Source: Setoptus koraiensis (taxonomy: Eukaryota; Animalia; Arthropoda). Taken from it: 64,000 nt of DNA. A model generated the notes under the pieces. The model saw only the letters and a program-made list of their open reading frames with translations, did not search any database and had not been told where the DNA came from. The translations under genes were made by a program, and so were the position numbers. The stretch lies in contig CM106586.1 of assembly GCA_048013815.1 (NCBI GenBank), positions 20,336,001-20,400,000 of the forward strand, given 5' to 3'. Shown piece by piece: positions 1 to 12,100 of this stretch (the stretch's first letter is position 1; every line of letters begins with the position of its first letter).

Positions 1-21
1 CCCGGTGCGGGTTTCGCCTAC

Positions 22-27
22 TTTATT
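22..27 (-). promoter_or_regulatory. Polyadenylation signal of the SDR gene
   Basis: TTTATT on + (AATAAA on -) about 25 nt past the SDR stop codon. Confidence 0.6.
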
Positions 28-51
28 TTACAAATGTTTATCGTGTCCGCG

Positions 52-852
52 TTACTTGGGCGCCGGCTTTCGCTCGATGCCGGCCGCCGGAAAGGCGGGC
101 TTGATGGCGTGGCCGCCGTCAATCAGCAGATCAGTTCCGGTGATGAAGGAGGCGTCGTCCGAGGCCAAATACGCTATCGCCTTGGCGATTTCGTCGCTCT
201 CGCCGGCCCGGCCAACAACGCACGTCTTGCCCGCGAATTTTCTAAATATGTCCTCCGTAAGGCCGAAATTTTTCACTATGGGCGTCACCACCGGTCCCGG
301 CAAGACCGCATTAACGCGCACATCCGGTCCGAGGTCTATGGCCAGGCATTTTGTAAGCATGCTAAGGCCCGCTTTTGACACACAATAAGCGTAGGCGCTG
401 TCCGACGGTTTCTGGCTTGCCACGCTGGCCACGTTGACAATGTTGCCCTTGGTTTTTCGCAAATGGGGCACGCAACCAAGTGACAGTCGCACGGCCGAGT
501 CCAAATTGATGGACATGGTCTGACGGTAGACGTCGTAACTGTTCTTTTGTTCAACATTGAAACATTTGGTCAATACACCGGCGTTGTTTACAAGAACGTC
601 GACACGGCCGAATCTGTCCAGTGTTTGTTTGAGAATGGCGTCGCCATTGTCGGGCTCGCGCAAGTCCGCTACCACGGCCACCGGCTCGAAGCCCTTGGGC
701 GACAAACCCTTGCACTCGGCCACAACCCGATCCAATTTGGCCCGGTTGCTGCCGCTCACCACGACCTGATAACCGTTTTTCAGAAACAATTTCGCCGTGG
801 CCTCTCCAATGCCCGAGCTGGATCCGGTGATGATGGCCACCTTGTCAGTCAT
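52..852 (-). CDS. Classical short-chain dehydrogenase/reductase (FabG-like, arthropod-type), intronless, 266 aa
   Basis: Rossmann motif TGSSSGIG, NNAG motif, catalytic YCVSK (YxxxK), C-terminal FITGTDLLIDGG; ATG at 850-852, TAA at 52-54. Confidence 0.95.
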   Translation of the reverse strand: MTDKVAIITGSSSGIGEATAKLFLKNGYQVVVSGSNRAKLDRVVAECKGLSPKGFEPVAVVADLREPDNGDAILKQTLDRFGRVDVLVNNAGVLTKCFNVEQKNSYDVYRQTMSINLDSAVRLSLGCVPHLRKTKGNIVNVASVASQKPSDSAYAYCVSKAGLSMLTKCLAIDLGPDVRVNAVLPGPVVTPIVKNFGLTEDIFRKFAGKTCVVGRAGESDEIAKAIAYLASDDASFITGTDLLIDGGHAIKPAFPAAGIERKPAPK

Positions 853-1117
853 GCTTGCTTCGGTGTGGCGACCACAATTTCAATTGACAACTCAATTAAT
901 AATTAATTAATGAATAATTGACTGATGATTGCTTGCTCTGTTTCCGTTTGAATGACAGGCAGGTGAACTGCGATCGAGTCGACTGGGGCGAAAATTGAGA
1001 CTGGGCCAAAACTGAAACGTATCACAAAACGTCTGATCGTTGGAGAGAAAAATTTGAAATCGCGCCGATATTTATAGTCGACACATAATACAACTGAACA
1101 AATTTCACTCACTTCAA

Positions 1118-1169
1118 TCAGCGATATTTCACAATTCAGCGATATTTCACAATTTCAGCGATATTCCAC
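1118..1169. repeat. 18-bp tandem repeat TCAGCGATATTTCACAAT, ~2.8 copies
   Basis: Read directly; lies upstream of the SDR start. Confidence 0.85.
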
Positions 1170-1622
1170 GGGCACATTTCGGCCGCATTGAGCGCCGTGT
1201 TGAGTGCGCCCGTCTGAAAACATCGCGTCTAATGTTACCGATGCGTGGCGTAAAAAAGTCAGTTTTCAAAATCCGATCGCAAGTCTCGGGCGATCCAACC
1301 ATTAGGCCACGTCTCGGCAATCTGCGGCAATTTGCTTGCATATATGTGAGCATGGCTCGCGAGTATGTATGCTACAAATGTGGAAAATTGGCAGCTTTCC
1401 GGCGCAAAAGCTGAAAATTTTCACAATCGCATGGATATAATTGGCGGTTGTTGGCGGCCAATCGCTGCCTCTTCCACCATTCCAGTGCTCGAGCTCGAAT
1501 CACGGCGCGATTTTTATTATTTTCGTTATTTTCATGCGTTGCTCGTGCGCCGGTCCAGGGGCCCGGTCGCGAGTCGCGAGCAAGCAGCGCCGAGAATCGC
1601 CTACAATTTCTGGCCCGCCGCA

Positions 1623-1714
1623 AGGTGTCCCGAGTGCCCGGCCCGACGTGAGGTGTCCCGAGTGCCCGGCCCGACGTGAGGTGTCCCGAATGCCCGGCCC
1701 AATGTGAGGTGTCC
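1623..1714. repeat. 28-bp tandem repeat AGGTGTCCCGAGTGCCCGGCCCGACGTG, ~3.3 copies
   Basis: Units start at 1623, 1651, 1679 and 1707 (partial); no spacers. Confidence 0.9.
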
Positions 1715-4700
1715 GGACTATATAGCGGCGCGACATATAGGCTCGGCTCCCGCTGAGCGGCGCCCGTTTGTTCGCTTGTCGCGGGGGCTGTCGGGCCGTC
1801 GGGGTCAATGGAGCCGCCGGCGATCACTTGTAGCGGCGGCACTGATGCGGCGGCGGCGGCCGCGGCTGCATGCAGCGATTACATAACGTCGACTACATAA
1901 CATGTGTTGTGATTGCTGGAGTCGCACAGCGAGAGCTGTTGCATAATAATCAACGTGGCCATTAATGGGCCATATAGCACACTGGCAGTCACACTGGCAG
2001 CACCTACCGCTGTGATTAGGAGCACGTCTTCCTAAAGCACTCCTAAGCCGACTCGTTAGTTTGTTGTTGTTGCGCCAATCACGGCAGCACCAACAACAAC
2101 AACAACAACGACAACAGCGACAACGACAACAGCGACAACGACGACAGCGACAGCGACAACAACGACAACAACGACAACAACGACAGCGACAGCGACGCAG
2201 TGACGTGTATTTATGGCGTTGTTGCGCAACGCTTGTCAATGGGCAAACTCACACCTACATGCAGCTGAAATCAACAACAACAAATGACATTTTAATAGCC
2301 GATAAACTATCTCTATGTGCGTGCCGCTGTCCGGCTGGCACAACAAAAACGAGACCCCGTCCGACGGTCACTGTTGTTGTCAGTGTTGGCGTAAAACTCG
2401 CAGTGTGTGATGTGCAAAACTAACGCACTCCGACAACTGACACGGCAGTGAGCAAAGTGTCACATAAACACACATGAACAGTTACATAACTGTGACTTAT
2501 GTGCAAACTGCGTGTGTGTGTGCGTGTGTGCAAAACTTGACTTGTGCCGCACATTACGCAACTGTGTTACATAACTGTGTGTTACATAACTGTGTGTTGC
2601 ATAACACTGTGCTAGTTGGCGAACGCATATCGGTTCGCCAACAAGAACAGAGAACGCTGTTGTGCAACATTGTCGCACATTCTCACCCGTTCTCGGCCAT
2701 TCTCAGCCAACTCTGTTGTCGGCGGGCCGGTCGGCCCCGTTCGGGGCCAGTGTGGGAAAATAACAATTGCAAACAACAACTCATTATACATGTTTGTGTT
2801 TGTGTTGGCTGTGACAGCAAAAGTGAGAGCGGCTCCCACACGCACACACGCACGCACACGATTTGATTTGCGCCGCCCGGATTACCCGCGCCCGTCCCGT
2901 CGCACCAAAAACAAGAGCAGCAACAACAAGATCGCACCGGCAACTTGTGAGAGCGGCCCGCTAATCCGATCTCCGCCGGCGCGGCCGCCGTCGCCGCTAT
3001 CGTCGCGGCACCCACAAGTGGCACAGTTGCGGTCGCCCTCGTAAAGGGCGCCCGCCCGTCGCACACAGGAAACTGTTTTTTGCATTGCGTAGACTCACTT
3101 TGCGCAGTGGATTGGCCGCAGACAGTTTGAGTTTTTGCCCGCCCAACGGGCAAAATTTGCCGCCTCGAACGGGCGAAATTTACCGCCCCGAACGGGCAAA
3201 GATTTGCCGCATCGAAGGGCGCCGCCGCCTGGAGCGGCCGCCCAGTCGCGTCGCTCCGCCCGGCGGCGGCGGCGCCGCCTCCCCCAATCAATCTGTGCTG
3301 GTCGGGCACGTCCGCTTCGTGTGTCGATGCGCGCGCGCGCGGCCCCCATCGGGCCGTCGAGCTATTGAATTTTGGATTTCTGGTTGAGTGACTGGAAGTT
3401 GCCAGCCAGTCAGTTAGTCGACTGGCCAATGTTACGCTTGACAGCGTCGCAAGCGCCCCAAGCGCCGCCGCCGCCGCCGCACAGCGCGCGGCACACTGCG
3501 CGGCTCGGGCACACTCTCGACCCCGTGCGCCGTCAAGTGCCCATTGTAGCATGTACGTCGTTGTGTATGACATAACTGTATATACTGACTTGTACATGAT
3601 AGTGTGAGAGCAGATAGTCGCGAGCGAGCCAGCCAGCGATGGGCCAATAATGGCCAATAATAGCGACGATAATAATAATAACAATAATGATAATATTAAA
3701 TGTCCATATCAGGCGAGTTTGCACACGATTGCACAGGCGCGCGCCGCGCGCACCATTGACGTGCGACGAGCGGCGCGCCGTTGTTGTTGCGCAACTTTGC
3801 CAAACAACGGTTCGCGCGCGCACGTCGGAGAACATTAAATATCCATCAACGACACCGGCGACAACTGCTCACATTGGGGCCCCGCGACAGTGGATAGTTT
3901 GTGTCAACAATGAATGTTAATTGTGTGTAATAGGATGATACTGTTACTGGCTGTCGCTCGTCGCCCGTCGCGCCGCCGTCCGGATATTGGTGCGGCTTAC
4001 TGGCGCTCGCTCATTGTCACCAGCGAGCAGTTGCATCATTCTTGTTGTTGTATCGTTTGCGCCGACGATACCCACAAACTGTGCTGGTGTGTGTGTTTGT
4101 TTTGTTGGCGCACGTTCACCGTGGGCCCGGCAACTGGGGCCCGCTGGGGCCCGCTGCTGGCCGCCACGTGCCTGTGCACGCGCGCCCGCTCGCCCGCTTG
4201 TGCCAGCTCACATATAGGTTATAGGTTTTCGGAGGCGGCTCGCCTCGGACGGCCCGACAACTGCTCTGCTCGAACTGTTCGAGGCGCCGCCGACGCCGAG
4301 CGGTGATACACTTCGGATGATGCGCCTCTGATGATACACTTCTGATGGCCGTCGGACTGCAACGCGCGCACCGGCCCCAAAGTCGGTCGGTCGCCGGAGT
4401 GTGTCGCTCGGGCCGGGAATCACGTCCACCGGTGCACCGATCCGTTCCGAACGGCGCGTCGCCGTCGGTGCACCAATCAGCGTCGGATCGCCATTCAAAA
4501 GCAGTATCCACGCGTGGATACTCTCGCAAATACTCGCTGTGACTCGCGGCTGTGACGCCGAGCGGCGCCAATCAGCAGTCAAGAGGCTGAGTCGCGCGAC
4601 TCAAATCGAGCAGCGCCGACTCAAGTGGTGGCCGGCTCAACGGGCCAGTCACCACTGGCGACCGGAGCCCCGCGGCCGGTGCGCATGCGCCAACTTGCGT

Positions 4701-5050
4701 CAAATAGAATCTTCGGCCGCGTTCGCTCTGATGCGATTCGCTCGATTCGAATTGCGAATTTCGTCGTGTCGCCGCCGTCGAATAATCATTTTCGTTCGAT
4801 TCGTCCTACCGTTCGCATGTGTACACAGTGTGTGCGTGTGTGTGTGTGTGTGTGCAACAACTCGAATTCGAATTCGAAATCGAACGCTCATTTGCCTCAG
4901 TTCCATTGGGCCCAGTGCGCAGGCTCGCAGCAAGCATCAGCAGGCATCAAGACCCCGTGCGCCAATTAATCACGAAACTTATCACGTAACACGTAGCGGC
5001 CACTGTCAGCATTAGAACACGCAGGGTGTCACATTTAAAACCTCCAGATC

Positions 5051-5056
5051 TATAAG
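5051..5056 (+). promoter_or_regulatory. Candidate TATA box for the GATA gene
   Basis: TATAAG 380 nt upstream of ATG 5431, followed by an A/C-rich UTR-like stretch; position only, no transcript data. Confidence 0.3.
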
Positions 5057-5430
5057 GCGCGCACAGTGCACAGTCTTGGCAAATTGCTCACAATTGTCAG
5101 CTCGCAACGAAAAAGAGAAAGAAATCGCGCATAACAAGTGCCAAATGCATCGCTATTCGCTCATTAGCTCACCTCACAATTGAATTGTCAGCGCCCAATA
5201 ATAATCAATTAGCATCAGCTGATCACCAGTTAAATCACACAGTTCACACAATTGCCACAATTCACAAAATATTGACACAATTCACAAAATATTCACAATA
5301 TTCACGATATTCAACAACGGCCCACAAGCGACGCAAAACACAAACAACAAATCACCGAATCACCAAGCCACCAAATAATTACGTAACTACACAAGATTTA
5401 CATTCACAATTGTCAAGCAGACAGACACAC

Positions 5431-5766
5431 ATGAATCAGCACCAGCTTGCCGCCGCCGCCGCCGTGGCCCGCTCGCGGCGCGAGTGCATCGAGGGGCGTG
5501 AGTGCGTCAATTGCGGCGCCAAGTCAACGCCGCTGTGGCGGCGCGACGGAACCGGACATTACTTGTGCAACGCGTGCGGATTGTATCACAAAATGAACGG
5601 TCAGAACAGGCCCCTGATAAAGCCCAAGCGACGCCTACAATCGACAACGCGCCGGGTGGGCACCAGTTGCGCCAATTGCAAGAGCACCAACACCACGCTG
5701 TGGCGCCGCAACGTCGAGGGCATGCCCGTGTGCAACGCCTGCGGGCTCTACTTCAAGCTGCACCAC
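5431..5766 (+). CDS. grn: GATA1/2/3-class transcription factor (grain/GATAc), zinc-finger exon with both C4 fingers; start codon uncertain
   Basis: [49 protein letters not shown] followed by a second CANC...[12 protein letters not shown] finger; EGREC and [15 protein letters not shown] are typical of GATA123; GTAAGT donor at 5767. Confidence 0.93.
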
Positions 5767-5814
5767 GTAAGTACCCCTATGTATACCCTTTCCCGTGCTC
5801 CGCGCGGGACTACC

Positions 5815-5905
5815 CTCACCAGTCCATTGCTAGTCCGATCACCAGTCCGACCACTAGTCCGATCACCAGTCCGATCGCTAGTCCGACCACTAGTCCGATC
5901 ACTAG
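5815..5905. repeat. Degenerate 12-bp tandem repeat (ACTAGTCCGATC-like)
   Basis: About 7 imperfect units just inside the GATA intron. Confidence 0.75.
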
Positions 5906-6065
5906 TGGATCTATTCGACGGTATTATCCGGCCAATGATCCGGCCGTGTTGCTGTTGGCATTTTTTGCGGCCGGGCCCGGCCCGAGTGCCGCATTTATGA
6001 CGGATTCGTTTGTTTATTTTGGGCGATTCATCGGCGACATCGGGCCCACTCGACTGGCCGAACGC

Positions 6066-6145
6066 GCCGAGAATCCGGGCCGAACGTCGAGAATCCGGGC
6101 CGAACGCCGCGAATCCGGGCCGAACGCCGAGAATCCGGGCCGAAC
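6066..6145. repeat. Degenerate ~20-bp tandem repeat (CGAGAATCCGGGCCGAACGC-like), ~4 copies
   Basis: AATCCGGGCCGAACG recurs four times. Confidence 0.8.
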
Positions 6146-9100
6146 GCGCCGCAAATTCGGGCCGCGTCAGGTAGCGCGGCCAGCAGCGACAAGCAGCCAA
6201 TCAATCGGTGATCGATTGTTTGCCTAATGATCTTGTTCATTGCTGTCGCTGTCATTCCGCTGCTGCCGTTTCCGAGCCGTTTTATTGTTATTGCCACTCA
6301 GTCACTCCTTCCAACTTTTTGCAGCGCCATTGATACGCTCGCTGTTGTGATATGTTGTTGTGAATCACAACTTGTGATATATGTCGTGCGGTGCCCAGTG
6401 GCCAGTTGCAGTTGTTGGCGTTGTTGGCAGCCAGCGGGATCAAGCGGCGAGCAAATTGTTGTTGTTGTGTCAGTTCGGACAACAATCCGAAACAATCGAT
6501 TGTTGTCGCGACTCGCGACGCCAGTCAAGCTGCTCGTGCAACAATACGAACCAACAAACAAAAGAGTGGCCAGCGGACAGAATGGGGGGGGGCACACAAG
6601 AGTCAAAAGCCAGAAACTTGATCCCAGAGCCAGTGCCGGTCGCAACAGCAACAGCGAGCGCAACATCGGCTTCGAAATTCGAAGTTCGAATTGAGACGAC
6701 ACCACCAATTGCCATTTTGCTCAATGACCAACTGCTCGTCGTCGTCGTCGTTGCTGCTGTTGTTGTCGTTGTTGTCGTAGTAGTTGCTTTGGCTGTTGTC
6801 GCAGTAGTTGTTGTCGTCGGTGGTGGTGGTGGCAGTGTATAAATAAACAGCGACTGTCGGTTGGCATGCGACGAAAGGCAAGCGTATCGCATGTCGCTGG
6901 CACGGGGTGATCAATGATCGTCCATTGTCCGATCAAATGTCCCGCGAATGCGCCCCTGTCACGAGACGCCACCACATATGCAAACTGATTCAATTGAGTG
7001 GCCAACCTCAACAGCAACAACAACAACCAAAAGGCACCCAAGGCTCCCATTTATACCCAATGTCTGAATCGCTGTTATTTATTGTTGTCGCTGGTGCAAA
7101 CATGCACTGCATTGGGTTGCCAGCCGACTGGCATGACCGACCCGCTCGCATGGGGCCCCAAATAAACGGCTCAATTGTGCTCTCATTTGCTTATTTGCCC
7201 ACTGGCTCACTGGCTCATTTGCTCATTTGGCAAGTAGCGAAAGTCGGGCCCCAGATCTATATCAACTCGGGCCGCCGGTGACTTGTGGCCACTTCTAGCC
7301 GAGTCGAGATGAGCGATTGCGTGCAGCTACAACAGAGAACAGAGGTAACCGAATCACTGATTGACTGGCTCTGATAAAAGGCTTTCCACTAAGAAATTAC
7401 CTGTCTGTTGTTGGTTGCATTATCTTTATTGCCACTGCAATTGGCTGGGGCTCGGGCCTCGGTTTTCAGTGAGCGGCTTTCGGTCTAATCTGGCTAATAG
7501 ACCAAACAAAGAAGGTTGCAACTCTGACAAACGGGCCCGCCGACCGCCGTCATTTCTCTAGTTCGCGATAGACGCATTCACGACGGATATTCATCGTGGA
7601 CGCTCCGTAATGGCCTATCCATAATGGATATCCATAATGAATATCCATAATGGATATTGCAGCGAAAGAGAGTAGCGATCTGTCGAGACTATAATTGCCA
7701 CTATGTTTATGTATACGTATCAGCTCTCGGCATGCCACGGCATGCATAAATCACCATAGATCACCACGGCTCATTTGCATTGGCCACCAACGAGGCAGCG
7801 CGTATTACATAACAGTTGATGATGATTGCTCGCTGTCGGCCGCTGTGAGCCGTCGCGAGCCAACGGGCCCAGCCACCCAGTCGGAGAATTGAATTGGCTC
7901 GAATTGAGCCGAGAACGGGCCCCGACCGTCGGAGTCCAACGAGCTTGTTGTGGGCGCTAGAGCAGCGGCCATTTCCAGCCGTTTCCAGCCGTTTCCAGCC
8001 ATTTTCAACAACAAGCAACAGAGGCGCGCGCCAAGAGGAAACCCGATGCCGCCATTGTGTCCGACGGTTACGTCTGACGGTCACGTCTGACGGTCGCATC
8101 TGACCGTCACATCTGACGGTTACATAATATCTGGCCACCGGCACGGGTCAGCGTGTCAGTCGTCGTGTGTCGCGGACCAAGTGACTGACTTTTCGCCTAT
8201 TTGCACTTGCCTCTGCCTTTGTCTTGTCGCTGGCGCTTGTGTCGCCAGTGTGGCCGTCATGTTGACCGTGCGCTGTCCGTGTGGCCCGTGTCAGCGCTCA
8301 GGGCCCCAATCGGGCAACCATGCCCCGCTCGGGTAACTGGCGCGCTCGGGCCGTGCCTGTTACCCGTGTGTCAGTCCGGCGCGGCTTCTTTATTGACCAT
8401 TAGATTGATTTGACACGCGCGCGGGCCAGACTTGTTGTCGCATGCCCATTTGCGCAGTTTTGCAGTCGTTGCTGGCGCTCGACCGTTTGCTGGCGGCCGC
8501 GGCCCGAGCGCCGTTTCGGACACACCGATTCGCGTACGGCCCGTGCGGTCCGAGCGGCCGCCGGGATCGGCTCGCGACAACAACGACATCAGCGACATCA
8601 GCGACATCAGCGACAACAACGACATCAGCGACATCAGCGACAACAACGACAACAACGACAACAACGACAACAACGACAACAACGACAACGGCGACAACGC
8701 GAGCGCAAGAGATAAACGACTTGTCGCACTAACGAGCCAAGCTCTCGCGGCCCCTTTTCCCCGTTCGGCACCGTTCGGCACCGTTCGGCACAGTCCGGCT
8801 CGATTGGGCGGCACAGTGGCCAATTATGGCCGCCGTTGCACAGTGTCAGCTCGCAAGCATCGGCTCGCTCGGCCAGCCGATAGAGCCAGTGTGGCATGGC
8901 CGGCCAATGGATAGTGGCAATAAGAGTCACAATATAACTTGTATTATATAATAATATAAGTGACGTAATGCGGCTTTGTTGGCGCATTGACGGTTTTGTA
9001 GCGCCAGTGGTAATCAAGTAGTTTAAGCGCAGTTACGCGCCATTTGATCGCGACTTGATCTCTTGTGCGCTCACAGTGACAAGCACACAGCACAGAACAC

Positions 9101-12100
9101 GTTATGTCGTGTGCACTGTCCGTTCGGTTATGTCATCCCTGGCGCGCTGTTCCGTGTTGTGCCGTCCGGTTCACTTGCTGTGCCAGCAAGCAATAATAAA
9201 GCAAGCGCGCCGTTACATTATTAGAGGCGCTGGCGCGATTATTATTACATTTGCAACTGCATCACTGCCCCCATTACAGGGCCACTATTACATCACTATC
9301 ACCTTGTTTAGGGCTTGTATGAGCATGGTTGCATGAGCCATTACGTAATGTGCTGCGTTGGCTGGCTGGCGGCGGGCAAGTGGCTCAGTGGAGCAAGTGA
9401 GCGAGCGAGCGACTCTTATCTGGCGCTCGCTCGCTCGCTTGTGTGTGCCGAGCCAAGTGACAAAGCTGACTTTTGTTTGTTTGTTTGTTGTTGTAATTAC
9501 CTAACAAACAAACAAACAAACAAACAAGCAAGCAAACAAGCAAACAACAAAGCGACGCACCAGCAAACTGATCGCATGTCGATGGTCGTGTTAACATCAT
9601 GCTAGCCGGCGCCCCAATTGTCGAGTAACTGCAGTAATTTGCTTGCCACTGGCACCGTTTGTGTGTGCTATATTACATGTTTGCCCCGCTCATTAGTTTA
9701 ATGGCCGGCCGCCAGGTTAACTAGCAAGCCAGCGGCGAGCCATTAGGCCCATTAGGCCAAAGTGGCTCTATAAAGCGCCATGTTACGTAATAATAATAAC
9801 AACAACAACAACAACATTTTCTATAAATGTTGCGTAACTATCGCGCACACGATTAATTTAATTGTATCTGCGCTGCATTCTGTGCATTGTGTGTGCGTTG
9901 TGCGTTGGGCCGGTCAGTGACTCGGCGAGCGCTCTATATCTGATAATTGGCGCAAATCATGTTGGCGCTGCTCGCTCCATCCGCTCGGGCCTCCGTCGTC
10001 GGCGCTCGCCCGCGCCCGTGCCCGCACCGACCTATAGGGCCCGTCCGAGGCGCCCGAAGCGCCCGTCGGGCCGGGCGGCTGCGAACAGACGCAGCGAACG
10101 AGCGCCGATCGCGTGCCGCCAACCATCACAAGTCGCTCTCCTTCTCTGTCCGATCCGCGCCCGTCGAATTGGGCCGAACTGGTTCGAATTGGCTCGAGCG
10201 TTCGCCCCGCGAGTTCGAACGCCGATCGGACGCTCCGAAGCAGCGAAAATTCGACACTTCGAAGCAGCGAAAATCGACGCTCTCGACCCTCGAAAAGTCG
10301 CCCCGCTCGAGCCAGCGAAAGGCGGGCGCCCCGCGCTGGCCGCGTCAATGGCGGGCCTATATTCCTCAGGGGGGCGTGCGCTGCGAGCACGGCCGAACTG
10401 GCCCGAATCAGCGAAATTGGCCCAGTTCGCCAAATTAGAAGCCGGCCGGGCGTCGTCCGGCGCACCGAGCCGCTAATAATAGAGCAAACATAATTACCCG
10501 ATAATAGACCGATAGATGATTATAGGTGCCACACACACACACTGTTGGCGCTGTTGTGCGGCGCTAATTTAGCGGCGGTCTAGGCGGTGCGGGCCGGCCG
10601 GCCGCCCGTCAACAATGCAATTGCCGATAGTCCCGACTAGCCCGAGGCTGGCCATTATAGGCCAGGCTCGGCACAACAACAGCAATTGTAATAACAATAA
10701 TTGTTTGTTTGTTTGTTTGTGTTGACGCCCTGCGCGCCGATTGGCCAATTGCGCGCACCGGCCCACAAGCACCGCATTCACCTGTCAATCAATCACCGCT
10801 GGCCTATATGCGGCGCGGGCCACCCAGCCGGTCGGTCAGTGCTCATTTGCTGTGCCCCGCTCGCGCATTTTGTGTGTGCCGTACCGTACCGTACCGTGGC
10901 CGCCTGCTCGCACGCTATTCACGTGTATCACTTTGGACGTATCTACGACCGTGTGAATCGCATGCGCCGCATCCAGGCTGGCTCGGGTATCGCGGGTTTG
11001 CCCAAATACCCGTCACGATACCCGCCACAATACCAATCGCGATACCCGCCACCATGGCCGCTGACGGTGCGGGCAAGGGTGCTGACGGTACGAATAAATC
11101 TGTGGACAGATAAACAATTGGAGCCCAGACGCTGTCGACATGTCGAGGCGACATGCGAACATGAGCGCATATTCGCATGTCGCATGTGATGGGGGCGGAT
11201 TCACGCGTAAATACTCGGGCCGGCGGCGAGGTGTGAGCGGTCGTGACAAAGTTTGTCGCGCAGTGTGCGCCTAGAGAAATATTAATTGTGCAATTACATA
11301 TTAATTATCGACGCGACTGCGAGGGGCGCCCCATTAACAGTTTTGTTTGTGCGTTTGTTTGTTTGTTTGCTTGTTTGTTAATGGTGGCGCCGGTTGGCGT
11401 GCAAACATGAATCGCGCTGCAGTGATTGATTTGAATATCTTGTGACAAGTAATGAGAATTCGCCAAGGCTACGCGTCGTGTGATGTCACTGAGGCGAGCC
11501 TATAAAGGCTCCACTCGGCTCGGCTCGGCTCGGCTCGCCGGTCGCCCGGTCGGTCGGCATGCCGGCCGGCCGACATGCTCGAGCTGCCGCCGAGCGTCTG
11601 TTTGTTTGTTTGTTTGTTTGCTCGCTCATTTGCATACGACTACGCAAATGAACTTACAAAACTTGGATAAATTGAGTCGCCCAAATTGTGTGTCGAAGTT
11701 GCTGCGAGCTGGCATCGAGTGCGCGACGGCAATTTCACGCTCGGTGATTAGACGTCGCCGTTGCCTTTGCCGTCGTGGTCGCCGTTGCTGTTGTTGTTGT
11801 CGTTGTCGTTGTTGCTGTTGCTGTTGTCGGCTGTCGTTGTTGCTGTTGTCGGCTGTCGTTGTGGCGCTGCTGTTGTCGCGGCTGTCGCGGTTGTCGCTGT
11901 CGCTGTTGTGGCGGCCGTTGGATGCTGCGGGACGCTGCGGGAACAAGTGCATTTAACCCGCGACTCTTTCGCCGTTACCGCCGCCGTCGCCAGCGTCGCC
12001 GCTCAACAGCGTCATCAACAGCGACATCAACAGCGACACTGGCAGCGACAGCGACATCGGCAGCGACAGCGGCGCATCTGCGAAACCAACAAAGTTGATG

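Noticed and set aside
52-852. SDR as a horizontally acquired bacterial fabG
   Set aside because: Lack of introns is shared by neighbouring host genes and similar FabG-like SDRs are common in arthropods; only a phylogeny nesting it within bacteria would support transfer.
1623-1714. 28-bp direct repeats as a CRISPR array
   Set aside because: Units are contiguous with no unique spacers, there are no cas genes and the context is eukaryotic.
2683-3684. 333-aa minus-strand ORF with a hydrophobic N-terminus
   Set aside because: Non-ATG start, crosses microsatellite and tandem-repeat DNA, no domain, and GC-rich sequence is stop-poor; probably spurious, though RNA-seq could overturn this.
5767-6000. 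Read-through of the GATA ORF past the donor (LVRSPVRP repeats)
   Set aside because: It is the translation of an intronic 12-bp repeat; the strong GTAAGT and the conserved continuation at 20568 explain the gene. An intron-retained isoform cannot be supported without transcripts.
9740-9758. TTAGG doublet as an interstitial telomeric repeat
   Set aside because: Only two separated copies within a 9-bp duplication.
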